The notes: generated by a model not told the origin, from the sequence alone. A DNA stretch of 64,000 nucleotides from Nitrospirota bacterium (GCA_013152485.1 JAADGG010000060.1:4542-68541); one strand, 5' to 3'; counted from the stretch's first letter, positions 36,452-46,545 are shown. Translations and numbers: made by a program.

Positions 36452-37945
36452 TCAGCTTCTTCCCTCTGTCTTGTGACGTCCGGTCTTCCACGGCCTTGAA
36501 GCAATGATGAATGCGGCTATGAGTGTCAAGAGTATCCAGTCCCTGCCGATCAGGATGAGGGAAGTCCAGGAGTATCCACCGTAGGGCTTCCTGAGTTCGC
36601 TGTAGAGGTCTCCGACGAGAATTATACCGAGCACAAGCGGCACGAAGTACTTGATTATGATATCCCACCAGAAGCCGAGCTTTATGGTGGAGATCCTGTT
36701 GACATGCTGCCTCAGGACCTTTATCCTGAAGAACCATCCAACCAGTATGCATTCGAATATGCCAACGACGACCAGTCCGTAGTGGGTCAGAAAGTGGTCC
36801 ACTATGTCGAGCCACAGGAGCCCCGCCTGGGTGGTAAACATGACCGAGCCGCAGAATCCCATGATGGAGACAACGGTTATCAGGCGCTTCCGACTGATCC
36901 CGAACTTGTCGACCATTGCAGACGTGAACGCCTCGACGATGGATATGGAGGACGACAGGCCGGCGACCACGAGGCACAGGAAGAAGATGGCCCCGAATAT
37001 GTTGCCTCCCGGCATGAGGCTGACCGCCTTTGGGTATGCAACAAAGGCGAGTCCTATGCTTTGAGAGACGACGGCCGAGAGTGGCTCGCCCTGCGAGGCG
37101 GACATGAATCCGAGCACGGAGAAGACGGCGAATCCGGCGAACAGGGAGTATCCGCTGTTGATAAAGGCCGTCAGCAACGCCCCTTTCGTTATGTTCGCCT
37201 TCTCCGGGAGATAGCTCGCATAGGCTATCATGATCCCGAACCCGAGGCTCAGGGTGAAAAATATCTGGCTGTAGGCATCTATCCACACCTTCGGATCCGA
37301 GAGCCTGGAGAAGTCCGGGGTCAGATACGCTCGGACGCCTGACATCGCTCCCTCGAGCGTCAGGGACCAGAAGACGAGCACGGTGGTCAGGACGAAGAGG
37401 AGGGGCATGAATATCTTGTTGGCAAGCTCGATCCCACGCTGCACGCCCCTGTGAACGATGTACCAGTTTATGAACCAGATTACGAGGAGCGCAAAAAATA
37501 TGGGGGTCCTTATCTGTCCTATCTCTGCCGGAGAGTCACTGACCGCCAGGAACTTCTCGAAGAAGAAAGTGTTGGGGTCGCTACCCCAGCCGAGGTTGAA
37601 GGACAGGAGGAAGAAGTTGAGACACCATGCAACGATCACCATGTAGTAGAGCACTATGCCGAACATCACAAAAGTCACGGCCCACCACCCGAGCCACTCC
37701 CAGTTCTTCCTGATCTTGGCATAGGCGAGCGGGGCAGACCCGATACGCTCGTGACCGACGGCAAACTCGAGTATCAACAACGGTATCCCCGCGGTCAGAA
37801 GGGCGGTGAAGTAGGGAATGAGGAAGGCTCCACCTCCATAATTGTATGCCATATAGCTGAAGCGCCAGATGTTACCGAGCCCGATAGCGGAACCCACGGC
37901 AGCAAGCAAGAAACCGATCTGACTCTTCCACTGCTCCCTCTTCAT
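36452..37945 (-). CDS. Neurotransmitter:sodium symporter (NSS/SNF) family transporter
   Basis: 497-aa ORF with the N-terminal signature GFLLAAVGSAIGLGNIWRFSYMAYNYGGGAFLIPY and ~11-12 TM segments. It has an ATGA overlap with the aroK stop. Confidence 0.85.
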   Translation of the reverse strand: MKREQWKSQIGFLLAAVGSAIGLGNIWRFSYMAYNYGGGAFLIPYFTALLTAGIPLLILEFAVGHERIGSAPLAYAKIRKNWEWLGWWAVTFVMFGIVLYYMVIVAWCLNFFLLSFNLGWGSDPNTFFFEKFLAVSDSPAEIGQIRTPIFFALLVIWFINWYIVHRGVQRGIELANKIFMPLLFVLTTVLVFWSLTLEGAMSGVRAYLTPDFSRLSDPKVWIDAYSQIFFTLSLGFGIMIAYASYLPEKANITKGALLTAFINSGYSLFAGFAVFSVLGFMSASQGEPLSAVVSQSIGLAFVAYPKAVSLMPGGNIFGAIFFLCLVVAGLSSSISIVEAFTSAMVDKFGISRKRLITVVSIMGFCGSVMFTTQAGLLWLDIVDHFLTHYGLVVVGIFECILVGWFFRIKVLRQHVNRISTIKLGFWWDIIIKYFVPLVLGIILVGDLYSELRKPYGGYSWTSLILIGRDWILLTLIAAFIIASRPWKTGRHKTEGRS

Positions 37946-38472
37946 CCATCCCCTTTCAACTCGTCTATCCTTCTCAGGATCTCCTCTGCGATCTCCGCGG
38001 GGGAGAGGGCATCGGTCTCGACCACGATATCCGCGTTCTCATAGAAAGGCCGCCTGTAGGCGAGCAAGTCCCTTATCTTTTTCAGTGGATCATCCACGTT
38101 CAGGAGCGGCCGCTCGTCCGAGGTGCTCGTGCGTTTGTGAATGGTCTCGGGGGCCGCCTTGAGACAGACGATGATCCCGTTTTTCCTCAGGGCCGTCATG
38201 TTCTCGTCTCTCAGCACAACGCCTCCCCCGGTAGAGATAACAAGGTTGTCCTGCCCCGAAAACCTCTTCACCATATCAGTCTCCCTGTCACGGAAATAAG
38301 GCTCGCCGAAGCGGCTGAAGATCTCGTTTATGGTCAAGCCTTCGGCCTTTTCTATCTCCTCGTCGAGTTCGACGAGCCGCCTGCCGAGCCTCCGCGCCAG
38401 CTCCTGTCCCACCGCGGTCTTGCCCGTCCCCATGAATCCCGTAAGCACTATATTCTTCTTGAATCCGTGCAT
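37942..38472 (-). CDS. aroK: Shikimate kinase
   Basis: 176-aa ORF with Walker A GFMGTGKT, FRDRE and STGGGVV. Confidence 0.9.
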   Translation of the reverse strand: MHGFKKNIVLTGFMGTGKTAVGQELARRLGRRLVELDEEIEKAEGLTINEIFSRFGEPYFRDRETDMVKRFSGQDNLVISTGGGVVLRDENMTALRKNGIIVCLKAAPETIHKRTSTSDERPLLNVDDPLKKIRDLLAYRRPFYENADIVVETDALSPAEIAEEILRRIDELKGDG

Positions 38473-38633
38473 CTTCAGTTCCTCGAAAACCTGAAATCCA
38501 TGGCCGCCTCGAACACTGAACCGGCCCCACCGGCAACCATCATGTCACCCGGCCTCTCTCACGGCTGCCACCCGTACGGTTTGGCGAAACCGTGACCCGG
38601 TGCAAGATTATATCGGATTCGCGGAGAAACTGT

Positions 38634-39824
38634 CTACATATTCTCCAGGTAGCCCTCGTAGTTTCTCCTCGTCTCTTCCATGCTGTCCCCACCGAACTTC
38701 TCAAGAAATGCGTCGGCGATCACCAGAGACATGACGGCCTCTCCAATGACCGAGGCGGCAGGAACCGCACAGACGTCGGACCTTTCGTAGGCGGCCTCGA
38801 AGGGTTCACCCGAGACCGTGTCCACGGACCTGAGGGGCTTGCGCTGAGTCGGGATCGGCTTCATGGCCGCCCTGACCACCACGGGCATCCCGTTTGTCAT
38901 GCCCCCCTCTATACCGCCGGCATGATTGGTCTTTCTGAGTACCGAGCCGGTACGGCTCGATCCCGGTGCAGGAAAGATCTCGTCCATGACTTCCGAACCG
39001 GGCTTGTCTGCAAGCCCGAACCCGTCACCTATCTCAACCCCCTTTATGGCCTGAATCCCCATGAAGGCATGTGCAAGGCGGCTGTCGAGCCTCCTGTCCC
39101 ACTGGATATGGCTGCCGAGCCCGACGGGCAGGCCCTCTGCATAGACTATGAACGTACCCCCGAGAGAATAGCCTTCCGTCATCGCCTTCTCGATAGCCTC
39201 CCGCATTCTCGCTGCCGCGACATCGTCAGGACAGCGCACATCCGAGGCTTCCGCATCTGAAGAGAGTCTCTTCAGGTCCTCTGCCATCAGAGCGGAAGGC
39301 TCTATCCTCATCGCCGCCCCTCCGATGGCCGTGACGAACCCGCCGACGGTAATGCCGAGCTCCTCGAGAAACCGTCTGGCAACAGACCCCACAGCCACGC
39401 GCATGGCGGTCTCTCGCGCGGAGGACCTCTCGAGGATGTTCCTTATGTCATCCTGCCGGTACTTCTTCGCACCCGGCAGGTCGGCATGTCCCGGCCTCGG
39501 CCTTGTAACGGGAGGTACTGCGCCCTTGTCTTCCGACAGGGCGGACATGCCGGACTGCCAGTTCTCCCAGTCGCGATTCTCGATGTAGAGTGCAATCGGT
39601 GAACCGATCGTAAGGCCCCATCGTATTCCGGAAACGAACTCGACCCTGTCCGACTCGATCTTCATCCTTCCGCCGCGTCCGAAGCCAGACTGTCTCCTGC
39701 TGAGCTGACGGTCCACATACTCGGGCGTGAGCGGCAGGTTCGCCGGAATCCCCTCTATGATACCGGAGAGCCCCCTTCCATGGGATTCTCCCGCTGTAAG
39801 ATAACGCAACCTGAACATCTGCAA
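38634..39824 (-). CDS. aroC: Chorismate synthase
   Basis: 396-aa ORF with the N-terminal RYLTAGESHG, GRSSARETA and RSDVCAVPAA. Confidence 0.9.
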   Translation of the reverse strand: MQMFRLRYLTAGESHGRGLSGIIEGIPANLPLTPEYVDRQLSRRQSGFGRGGRMKIESDRVEFVSGIRWGLTIGSPIALYIENRDWENWQSGMSALSEDKGAVPPVTRPRPGHADLPGAKKYRQDDIRNILERSSARETAMRVAVGSVARRFLEELGITVGGFVTAIGGAAMRIEPSALMAEDLKRLSSDAEASDVRCPDDVAAARMREAIEKAMTEGYSLGGTFIVYAEGLPVGLGSHIQWDRRLDSRLAHAFMGIQAIKGVEIGDGFGLADKPGSEVMDEIFPAPGSSRTGSVLRKTNHAGGIEGGMTNGMPVVVRAAMKPIPTQRKPLRSVDTVSGEPFEAAYERSDVCAVPAASVIGEAVMSLVIADAFLEKFGGDSMEETRRNYEGYLENM

Positions 39825-40034
39825 GCTCCTTTCATCCCGATCAACACGTCCCTCGGCCAGTTACAAGGTGCGACAGCTCATCCTTTTGACCCGTTTTATA
39901 CAAGGCGGCTGCCGGTTATTCGGTTACGGAGGGATAGGCTTCAGGGAGATGTATGATCCTCTGCCCGTTCGTTCACGGCGAATCTCTTCCGTCGTCGGGA
40001 AGCCGTTCAGCGGCTGCTCTAAAAATGCAAACTC

Positions 40035-40895
40035 CTAATCCTTGTACGTCTTTGCAAGCATGAAGACAACGATTCCCATGCCTATGAATACCATCATCAG
40101 AAAGGCGGAAAAGTTTTTACGAAACTCGAGTTCTCTGAAGGTCTTGTCTATCTTGTCCTCAATCAGTCCGAGCTTCTTTGCAAACTTGTCGGTGCTCTTC
40201 TTGACAAGCCCGACATTGACGGTGTGAAAGAGTGTCCGGTACTCGGCGTGAGTACGGAAAAGACTCTTGTCTTCTTCATCGGTGAAGACGCCTTCCCGCT
40301 TCAGGCGTTTGAGGTTGTTGTCGATGTCGCGTATCTTCTTCTCGGTCAGAAACAGTGCCTGTTTCATGATCTTGGCCCTCTCATAGGAGTGACACCTGGA
40401 ACAACGCGCCTCGTTTATGATCTTGATACTGGCCTTCTGAATATCGTGTGAGCCGTGACAGGTTACACAGTTCGGCCCGGTCTTTGAAGCCTTGAGGGCC
40501 TTGCCGTGTCCGCTTTCGAGATAGTTCTTGAGTATGCCGATATGGCACTTACCGCACATCTCAGGGACCTCGCTGTACTCCGGCGTGCCTACAAAGCCCC
40601 TTTCCGGAGACATCGACATCTCTGCATCTTCGGGGTCCCCGCCGTGACAGTCCTCGCACGAGACGTTGTTGTGATAATGCCAGCTCTTTTTCCACTCCTG
40701 AGGAATGTCACGGATTTCCGGTTTTATGATGTCGGAGGCGTGGCAGCTGATACATACGCTCTCCTCCACCTGGCCCCCGGCCCATGGCTTGGTCAGAAAC
40801 TCCTTGCCGAATATATCCCTGTAGCTTGCGTCAGCAGTCGATGCGCCTGCCGAGACAGCTGCCAAAAGCAAAAATACCGATATGACGACTCTCAT
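40035..40895 (-). CDS. Pentaheme c-type cytochrome with C-terminal membrane anchor (bc-complex cytochrome c subunit)
   Basis: Five CxxCH motifs (CISCH, CEDCH, CGKCH, CVTCH, CSRCH) and the signal peptide MRVVISVFLLLAAVSAGAS. I prefer the ATG at 40895, which forms an ATGA overlap with the cytochrome b stop. A C-terminal TM helix is present. Confidence 0.8.
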   Translation of the reverse strand: MRVVISVFLLLAAVSAGASTADASYRDIFGKEFLTKPWAGGQVEESVCISCHASDIIKPEIRDIPQEWKKSWHYHNNVSCEDCHGGDPEDAEMSMSPERGFVGTPEYSEVPEMCGKCHIGILKNYLESGHGKALKASKTGPNCVTCHGSHDIQKASIKIINEARCSRCHSYERAKIMKQALFLTEKKIRDIDNNLKRLKREGVFTDEEDKSLFRTHAEYRTLFHTVNVGLVKKSTDKFAKKLGLIEDKIDKTFRELEFRKNFSAFLMMVFIGMGIVVFMLAKTYKD

Positions 40896-42034
40896 GAAGA
40901 CCTCCCCCAGATGGTTAAGACGACCCACAGGAGCAGCGATGCCATGAACGTGGCGAGAAGAAGGGGTCTCTTCAGGATGTTCCGTTCCGGCTTGGTGTCA
41001 AAGAACGGCCACAGGATGAACATACCGACGAGGAACAGTTGTATGCTTATCCCCAGAAACTTGTTCGGGATCAGTTTCAGCATCTGGTAAGGGGCAAGAA
41101 AGTACCATTGCGGTTTTATGTAAGCAGGAGTCTTGAGAGGATCTGCCGGGATGTTCGCCCCCTCCGGAAGAAACAGGGTCGGAACGAACGTTATAATGAA
41201 GAACATTATCACGAGATATATCAACACCATGTAGAGTTCCTTGAGGACGAAATACGGATAGAAGGAGTACCCGTCCGGATAGCTCACGTGCCGGTACTCG
41301 TTCCACGGTTCGGCCTTCTCCGCCTGCTCGCCGAAGGGTGGAGACGAGAGGCCTATCCGTCTTATCAGGAATATGTGCACGACCATGAGCAGGACGAGTA
41401 TCGGTGGAAGGAGCGCAACGTGCAGTGCAAAGAAACGGTTCAGCGTGACACCCGAGACGAACTCCCCGCCTCTCAGCACATTGGCAATGTAGTCACCGAC
41501 ATAGGGGAATGTCGTGGGCATGGCGGTGACCACTGTTGTAGTCCAGTAGCTCAACTGGCTCCAGGGCAGCAGATAGCCGCTGAGACTGAAGGTCAGAACC
41601 ACCAGCAGCATCAGCCAGCCCGCAACCCATGTAAGCTCTCTCGGCTTCTTGTAACTGCCCATGAAGAACACCGAGAGCATGTGCAGGAAGACCACTGCAA
41701 CTATGAGATTTCCTCCAACAACGTGCATGAGCCTGAACAGCCATCCATACGGGACCGAGGTCATTATCTGCTGGACGCTTCTGAATGCGTGGTCGGAATG
41801 CGGCACATAGTAGATAAGGAGGAAGAACCCGGTAACGGCCTGGATAATGAAGGCGGCTAGCGCAACTCCCCCGAGGGTGTAGAAGATGTTGGTGTTTCTC
41901 GGGACACTGTACCTCTTCAGCTTTGTTCTGATCAGGTCCTCGAGACCTATCCTTGTTTCAAGACCGTTCCTTATCCTTTGCCACATAAAGACTCCGCGTT
42001 GAAAAAAGTTTTTAATCCGCGCCGTAACCGGCAC
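40892..42034 (-). CDS. Cytochrome b (fused b6 + subunit IV-like)
   Basis: 380-aa ORF with multiple TM helices, conserved His-bearing helices and a PRELTWVAGW-type motif after helix D. The start is either GTG 42034 or ATG 41986. Confidence 0.85.
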   Translation of the reverse strand: MPVTARIKNFFQRGVFMWQRIRNGLETRIGLEDLIRTKLKRYSVPRNTNIFYTLGGVALAAFIIQAVTGFFLLIYYVPHSDHAFRSVQQIMTSVPYGWLFRLMHVVGGNLIVAVVFLHMLSVFFMGSYKKPRELTWVAGWLMLLVVLTFSLSGYLLPWSQLSYWTTTVVTAMPTTFPYVGDYIANVLRGGEFVSGVTLNRFFALHVALLPPILVLLMVVHIFLIRRIGLSSPPFGEQAEKAEPWNEYRHVSYPDGYSFYPYFVLKELYMVLIYLVIMFFIITFVPTLFLPEGANIPADPLKTPAYIKPQWYFLAPYQMLKLIPNKFLGISIQLFLVGMFILWPFFDTKPERNILKRPLLLATFMASLLLWVVLTIWGRSS

Positions 42035-42061
42035 AGCATGTTTATGAGCATATCCTGGCTT

Positions 42062-42472
42062 TTAACCCACTATGATGGATTCTCCCTCCACACGCAGCGG
42101 GAACTCCGCAAGGGGTTTCGGGGGCGGACCGGAAAGGACCTTTCCATCGAGATTGAACTCCCCGGCATGGCACGGACAGATCAGACTGCCCTTCTCCTTG
42201 TTGAACTCGACAAGACATCCCAGATGTGTGCATACCTTCGAGAGGGCGATGTAGCCCTTTCCAGGCCGGTTGATGATGATCGCCGGGGTATTGTTGAAGA
42301 CTATCTCCTTGGACTCACCCGCCGGTATCTCGTCCTTTCTGAGGCTGAGCCGCTCTGCTTCGGCCTTCTTGCCAGGCGGTGCTATGAACCTGACCAGCGG
42401 ATATGCGAAGGATACCACTGTTGTGGACCCGAGCACGGCCAGCAATGATTTCAAAAACTTGCGTCTCTTCAT
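42062..42472 (-). CDS. Rieske [2Fe-2S] protein
   Basis: 136-aa ORF with a KRRKFLK Tat-like N-terminus and the Rieske boxes CTHLGC and CPCHAGEF. Confidence 0.9.
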   Translation of the reverse strand: MKRRKFLKSLLAVLGSTTVVSFAYPLVRFIAPPGKKAEAERLSLRKDEIPAGESKEIVFNNTPAIIINRPGKGYIALSKVCTHLGCLVEFNKEKGSLICPCHAGEFNLDGKVLSGPPPKPLAEFPLRVEGESIIVG

Positions 42473-42571
42473 CAGTAATGCACCCCCAAACGATCGGGTA
42501 TGTCTGTCACGAACTCAGACACTTAAAAAATGATATAGCAATGAAACGCCGGTTGTCAACAACAAAACGCA

Positions 42572-43795
42572 TCATTCCTTGCCTGGTTTCGACAGGAACC
42601 TGAGCTCGCCGGTGTAGATAGGCACGGCAAACTTCAGAAGCAGCGTGTACAGCATGGCACCGGCCGCCCACACGCCCAAGGTTATGCTCTTCTCGGTCCA
42701 TGTAGGTGAATACTCGTAAATCTCTCCGAGCACGCCGGGTACGAAGCCGGGGATTACCAGTCCCATTCCTTTCTCTATGTATACACCCACGATCACCAGA
42801 ACACAGGCAAGGTTCAGTGTGAGGAAGTTCTCTCTGGCCTTCGGACTCAAGAAGATCAGAAACGCCGTTATATTGAACAGCAAGGCGGCCCACATCCACG
42901 GCACGAGCGTCGTCTTGCCGTGAAGACCGAAATAGAGGTATTCCATCGGGGCAAGATGTATGCTTCCCGAATAGAACTCCTTGAAGAATTCCGCGCCGAA
43001 CAGAAACAGGTTGAGCCCGATTGCATACGCTATCAACTCCGCGATCTTGAACAACGCCCTGTTGTCTATCTCTATCTTTGAGACCTTCCTGACGATCTGG
43101 AAAATGATTATCATCAGAGCCGGCCCGGAACAGAGAGCCGAAGCAATGAACCTCGGCGCCAGTATCGATGCGTTCCAGAAAGGTCTGGCCGAGAGGCCGT
43201 TGTAAAGAAAGGCCGTAACCGTGTGGATACTGATCGCCCACGGAATCGATATCAGGATCAAAGGCTTGATCACCTGAATGCTGTATTCCTTGCTGTGCGA
43301 CATCTTGTACAGGACGTAGAACGAGATGAGGAAGTTTATTGCGAGATAACCGTTCAGCACCACGACATCCCATGCAAGCAGCGACGAAGGGAAGTTCATG
43401 GTCCCCACAAGGGGCATGAGGTGCCAGACCCTCTCAGGCCTCCCCATGTCCACCATGATGAAGAGGATGCACATGGTGATGGCCGTGACGGCAAGCAGCT
43501 CGCCGAACAGGACGATCTCCTTGATGGGCTTGAAGTTGTACACGTATGCAGGCACCACGAGAAGGACTGCCGCCGCTGCGACTCCGACGAGGAACGTGAA
43601 GTTCGATATATAGAAGCCCCAGGAGACCTGGTCCCTCATGGCGGTCAGGATCAACCCGGTATGGAGCTGCCTGATATAGGATATAACTCCCACCACAATG
43701 AAAAAAGACAGGAAAGCAAGCCAGCTGTAGTACCACTTGTCCCCTTTTGCAATATGTTTCAAGGCCGTGAAAAAGTTTCTTACCAAAGCATACAT
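42572..43795 (-). CDS. NrfD/PsrC-family integral membrane quinone-interacting subunit
   Basis: 407-aa polytopic membrane ORF lying directly downstream of a Tat-exported 4Fe-4S subunit. The size and topology are typical of the NrfD family. Confidence 0.7.
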   Translation of the reverse strand: MYALVRNFFTALKHIAKGDKWYYSWLAFLSFFIVVGVISYIRQLHTGLILTAMRDQVSWGFYISNFTFLVGVAAAAVLLVVPAYVYNFKPIKEIVLFGELLAVTAITMCILFIMVDMGRPERVWHLMPLVGTMNFPSSLLAWDVVVLNGYLAINFLISFYVLYKMSHSKEYSIQVIKPLILISIPWAISIHTVTAFLYNGLSARPFWNASILAPRFIASALCSGPALMIIIFQIVRKVSKIEIDNRALFKIAELIAYAIGLNLFLFGAEFFKEFYSGSIHLAPMEYLYFGLHGKTTLVPWMWAALLFNITAFLIFLSPKARENFLTLNLACVLVIVGVYIEKGMGLVIPGFVPGVLGEIYEYSPTWTEKSITLGVWAAGAMLYTLLLKFAVPIYTGELRFLSKPGKE

Positions 43796-43819
43796 GGCAA
43801 CCCTTCCTCCTCAGATATA

Positions 43820-44743
43820 TTATGTCGCAAAGAAATAGTAAAATTTAGGGTATGTATTCAGGTCCTCCTTGAGCCGGAACACCCTCTTGTTCTCGATGCA
43901 GTATCTTATCTCGCTCTTGGGATCGAGGAGGTTTCCGAACTTCCTCGCTCCGACCGGACATATCTCGACACACGCAGGATATCTCCCGGCCCTCGTCCTC
44001 TGAACGCAGAAGATGCACTTCTCCACCACACCTGCGTATCTCGGCCTGTTGCCGAGATAGTGCGACTCGGGATTGAGCTCCTCCTTCCTGATCCTCGGCT
44101 TTGCAAGATTGAAGCGCCTTGCACCGTACGGACAGGACGCCATGCAGTAGCGGCATCCGATACACCAGTTGTAGTCTATGACCACGATGCCGTCGGGCTC
44201 CTTCCACGTCGCCTGCGTGGGACAGACCCTGACGCATGGCGGATTCTCACACTGCTGGCACTGGACCGGCATGTAGAAGTATCCCTCTTCGGGAACCGCT
44301 TCGGGATAATAGTACTTCTCGGACTCCTCGAGGTCGATCCACTTCTCTCCCTTCTTGAAGCGCAAGACCGTTATCCAGTGTATCTGGGGGTCTCTCGACT
44401 GATTGTTCTCTCTGACGCACGCATAAACGCATCTCCTGCAACCGATACACCTCGAGAGATCAAGCCCGTAGCCGAAAAGGGTCCCGGGCATGGCCTTCGT
44501 GGTCTTGATGTTGAAGTTGACGTCATACTCCTCCGCGTACTCCTTTTCCAGACGCTTTATGACGGCACGGAGCTCGTCTTCGTTCATCTCCCTGAAGTGC
44601 TTCTGCAGGTACGCCTCCCAAAAAGAGGCATCCGCCTGACCTAAGGGAATCGCAGTAGATGCAAGCCCGAGGGCCGCACCCTTCAGAAAACCCCTACGGC
44701 TGATCGACTTGGATAAATTATGTCCTTTAATTTCCTTCGGCAT
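43820..44743 (-). CDS. Tat-exported 4x[4Fe-4S] ferredoxin-type subunit (NrfC/DmsB/HybA family)
   Basis: 307-aa ORF with the Tat motif SRRGFLKG and cluster motifs CIGCRRCVYAC, CQQCENPPC, CIGCRYCMASCP and CIFC...C. Confidence 0.85.
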   Translation of the reverse strand: MPKEIKGHNLSKSISRRGFLKGAALGLASTAIPLGQADASFWEAYLQKHFREMNEDELRAVIKRLEKEYAEEYDVNFNIKTTKAMPGTLFGYGLDLSRCIGCRRCVYACVRENNQSRDPQIHWITVLRFKKGEKWIDLEESEKYYYPEAVPEEGYFYMPVQCQQCENPPCVRVCPTQATWKEPDGIVVIDYNWCIGCRYCMASCPYGARRFNLAKPRIRKEELNPESHYLGNRPRYAGVVEKCIFCVQRTRAGRYPACVEICPVGARKFGNLLDPKSEIRYCIENKRVFRLKEDLNTYPKFYYFFAT

Positions 44744-45386
44744 TTTTACTCCTCGAATCTGTTTTTAATGGAAAAATCTTGTTCAGCGGATTTGAAGGTA
44801 TCTCATCCGGCGACAACTTTCTGTACTTGATGTCTCCGGGCTTTATGGGCGGAGGAAGCGGCTTGAGAGGCTTGAATCGCGGAGCATGAGGATTGTGACA
44901 GTGGACGCAGAGGCGGTACTCCTTCTTGCCGTTCCACATGCCGGTCCTCTTGCCGTGCACGCCGGCCTTCCAGTCACGGAAGATCGTCCCGTGGCACTGC
45001 CCGCACAGATAGTACGACTCCTCAAACGTGATGAGTCTTCCGCTGGCAAGCCTCAACCTGTCCCTGTCGTCCGGGTTGTGACAGTCGAGACACCACCTCT
45101 GCTTCTCTGCATGCTTGAACATATTCTGTATGTTCGTATGGTAGTACAGTTTTCTGCGCTTCTTGTTCACAACCATGTCGGCATGGCACTGAGAGCATGG
45201 GAAGATACCCTCGGAGAAAGGCGGGGGAGGAACGAAAAACTCCGGAATACCGTCATCCCCGCTGTTGGCGCCATTGACCTCGACGCCGTTGCTGCCGGCT
45301 GCAGCAACCGCTGGATGCATGAAGGAAACCAGCACCGCAACAATGAAGACGAATACTGCAAGCGATCCTTTCTGTTTGATCAACAT
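44727..45386 (-). CDS. Tetraheme c-type cytochrome (cytochrome c3-like), N-terminal anchor/signal
   Basis: Four CxxCH motifs (CSQCH, CLDCH, CGQCH, CVHCH). The start is trimmed to the ATG at 45386 (MLIKQKGSLAVFVFIVAVLV...) behind GGAAAGGAG. The track start at 45560 adds a non-hydrophobic 58-aa leader. Confidence 0.75.
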   Translation of the reverse strand: MLIKQKGSLAVFVFIVAVLVSFMHPAVAAAGSNGVEVNGANSGDDGIPEFFVPPPPFSEGIFPCSQCHADMVVNKKRRKLYYHTNIQNMFKHAEKQRWCLDCHNPDDRDRLRLASGRLITFEESYYLCGQCHGTIFRDWKAGVHGKRTGMWNGKKEYRLCVHCHNPHAPRFKPLKPLPPPIKPGDIKYRKLSPDEIPSNPLNKIFPLKTDSRSKNAEGN

Positions 45387-45741
45387 GTCCGACAAACCGC
45401 TCCTTTCCTGCTTTATATATTCAATATTATTGCTTGTCGATTTACGGTCATTGCCGCCGTCATTACGGTTACATGAATTCATGCTTTTTTCTCCTTGAAA
45501 TTTTTGTGCACATCTCAATACACCTGATTGCGTATCCTGCACGATATTGCCAGTGGGCATTATACTATACTCAAAAAAATTTTTGCAATGTTTTTTTTAT
45601 CACCGCCGGAGAGACGATAATGGGCTTGAATTCTTGCTTTTGATTTTCTGACGGGGACGGAACGTACTGTTTATATTTACTTTTTTTACTGCGGAACCCG
45701 TTCGGGCTTTCGCCCGTTACGGATCAAAAAAATTGCAGGCG

Positions 45742-46545
45742 TCAATTTTTTGATTTTCCGTCGGGTTGTTTCTTGCCTTCGGGAAACAGAATCACTATGC
45801 TTATTCTTCGGTTCTTGGGGTCACGCGGACTGTCGGTGAAGAGCGGATCCTTGTCCGCGTAACCCACGACACGGACTATCCTGTCAGGAGATATGCCGAG
45901 CCGTTCCAGATGCCGCCTTGCGGCGTTCGCCCTGTCGGCGGAGAGTTCCCAGTTGGTATAGTCGCTGCTTGACGAGTAAGAAGATGAATCCGTATGCCCC
46001 TCTATGAACAGCTTGTTGTTTATGTCGCCTATGTTGTCTGCAAGCACCCCCAATATCTCCTTCGCCTTCGGGGTGAGTTTCGCACTGCCGATCGGAAACA
46101 TCGAACTGCCGTTCTTGTCTATGATCTCTATCTTGACCCCCTCCTTGACCACCTTCACGAGGATCTGGTCCTGGATATCACCCAGCATGGTCTCCACGGC
46201 CTCTCTTATGGCCTCCTTCAGCGTCTCCGGGGTCATCGTGCTGGACCCGAAGGTCCCGTAATAGTCCGCAAAGGCCTTGTCTGCGGTCGCGCCCGACTCA
46301 CTGAACATCTCGCTGGACTTATCCATGAAGGATGTTCCCCCCTTCTCGAATATGCTGAAGTACTTGAAGTACGCGGCGACCCTCGCCCGCTTCTCCGGGG
46401 AAACCATGGTGACGAGCCAGAGGAGGAGGAAGAAGGCCATCATTGCAGTCACGAAGTCGGCATACGCCACCTTCCAGCTTCCCCCGTGATGGCCGCCGCC
46501 TTCGACCTTCTTCACCTTCTTTATGATTATCTTGGAATCCTTCAT
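45742..46545 (-). CDS. motB: MotB-type stator protein (OmpA-like peptidoglycan-binding C-terminus)
   Basis: 267-aa ORF with WKVAYADFVTAMMAFFLLLW (plug/TM region) and a C-terminal OmpA-like domain (GHTDS...NWELSADRA). Confidence 0.85.
   Translation of the reverse strand: MKDSKIIIKKVKKVEGGGHHGGSWKVAYADFVTAMMAFFLLLWLVTMVSPEKRARVAAYFKYFSIFEKGGTSFMDKSSEMFSESGATADKAFADYYGTFGSSTMTPETLKEAIREAVETMLGDIQDQILVKVVKEGVKIEIIDKNGSSMFPIGSAKLTPKAKEILGVLADNIGDINNKLFIEGHTDSSSYSSSSDYTNWELSADRANAARRHLERLGISPDRIVRVVGYADKDPLFTDSPRDPKNRRISIVILFPEGKKQPDGKSKN

Noticed and set aside
45561-45741. AT-rich region with T8/A7 runs and an imperfect hairpin (~45700-45725) between motB and the tetraheme cytochrome gene, considered as the motB intrinsic terminator.
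   Set aside because: The stem is short and bulged. On the minus strand the U-run is not positioned after it, so the call is not supportable.
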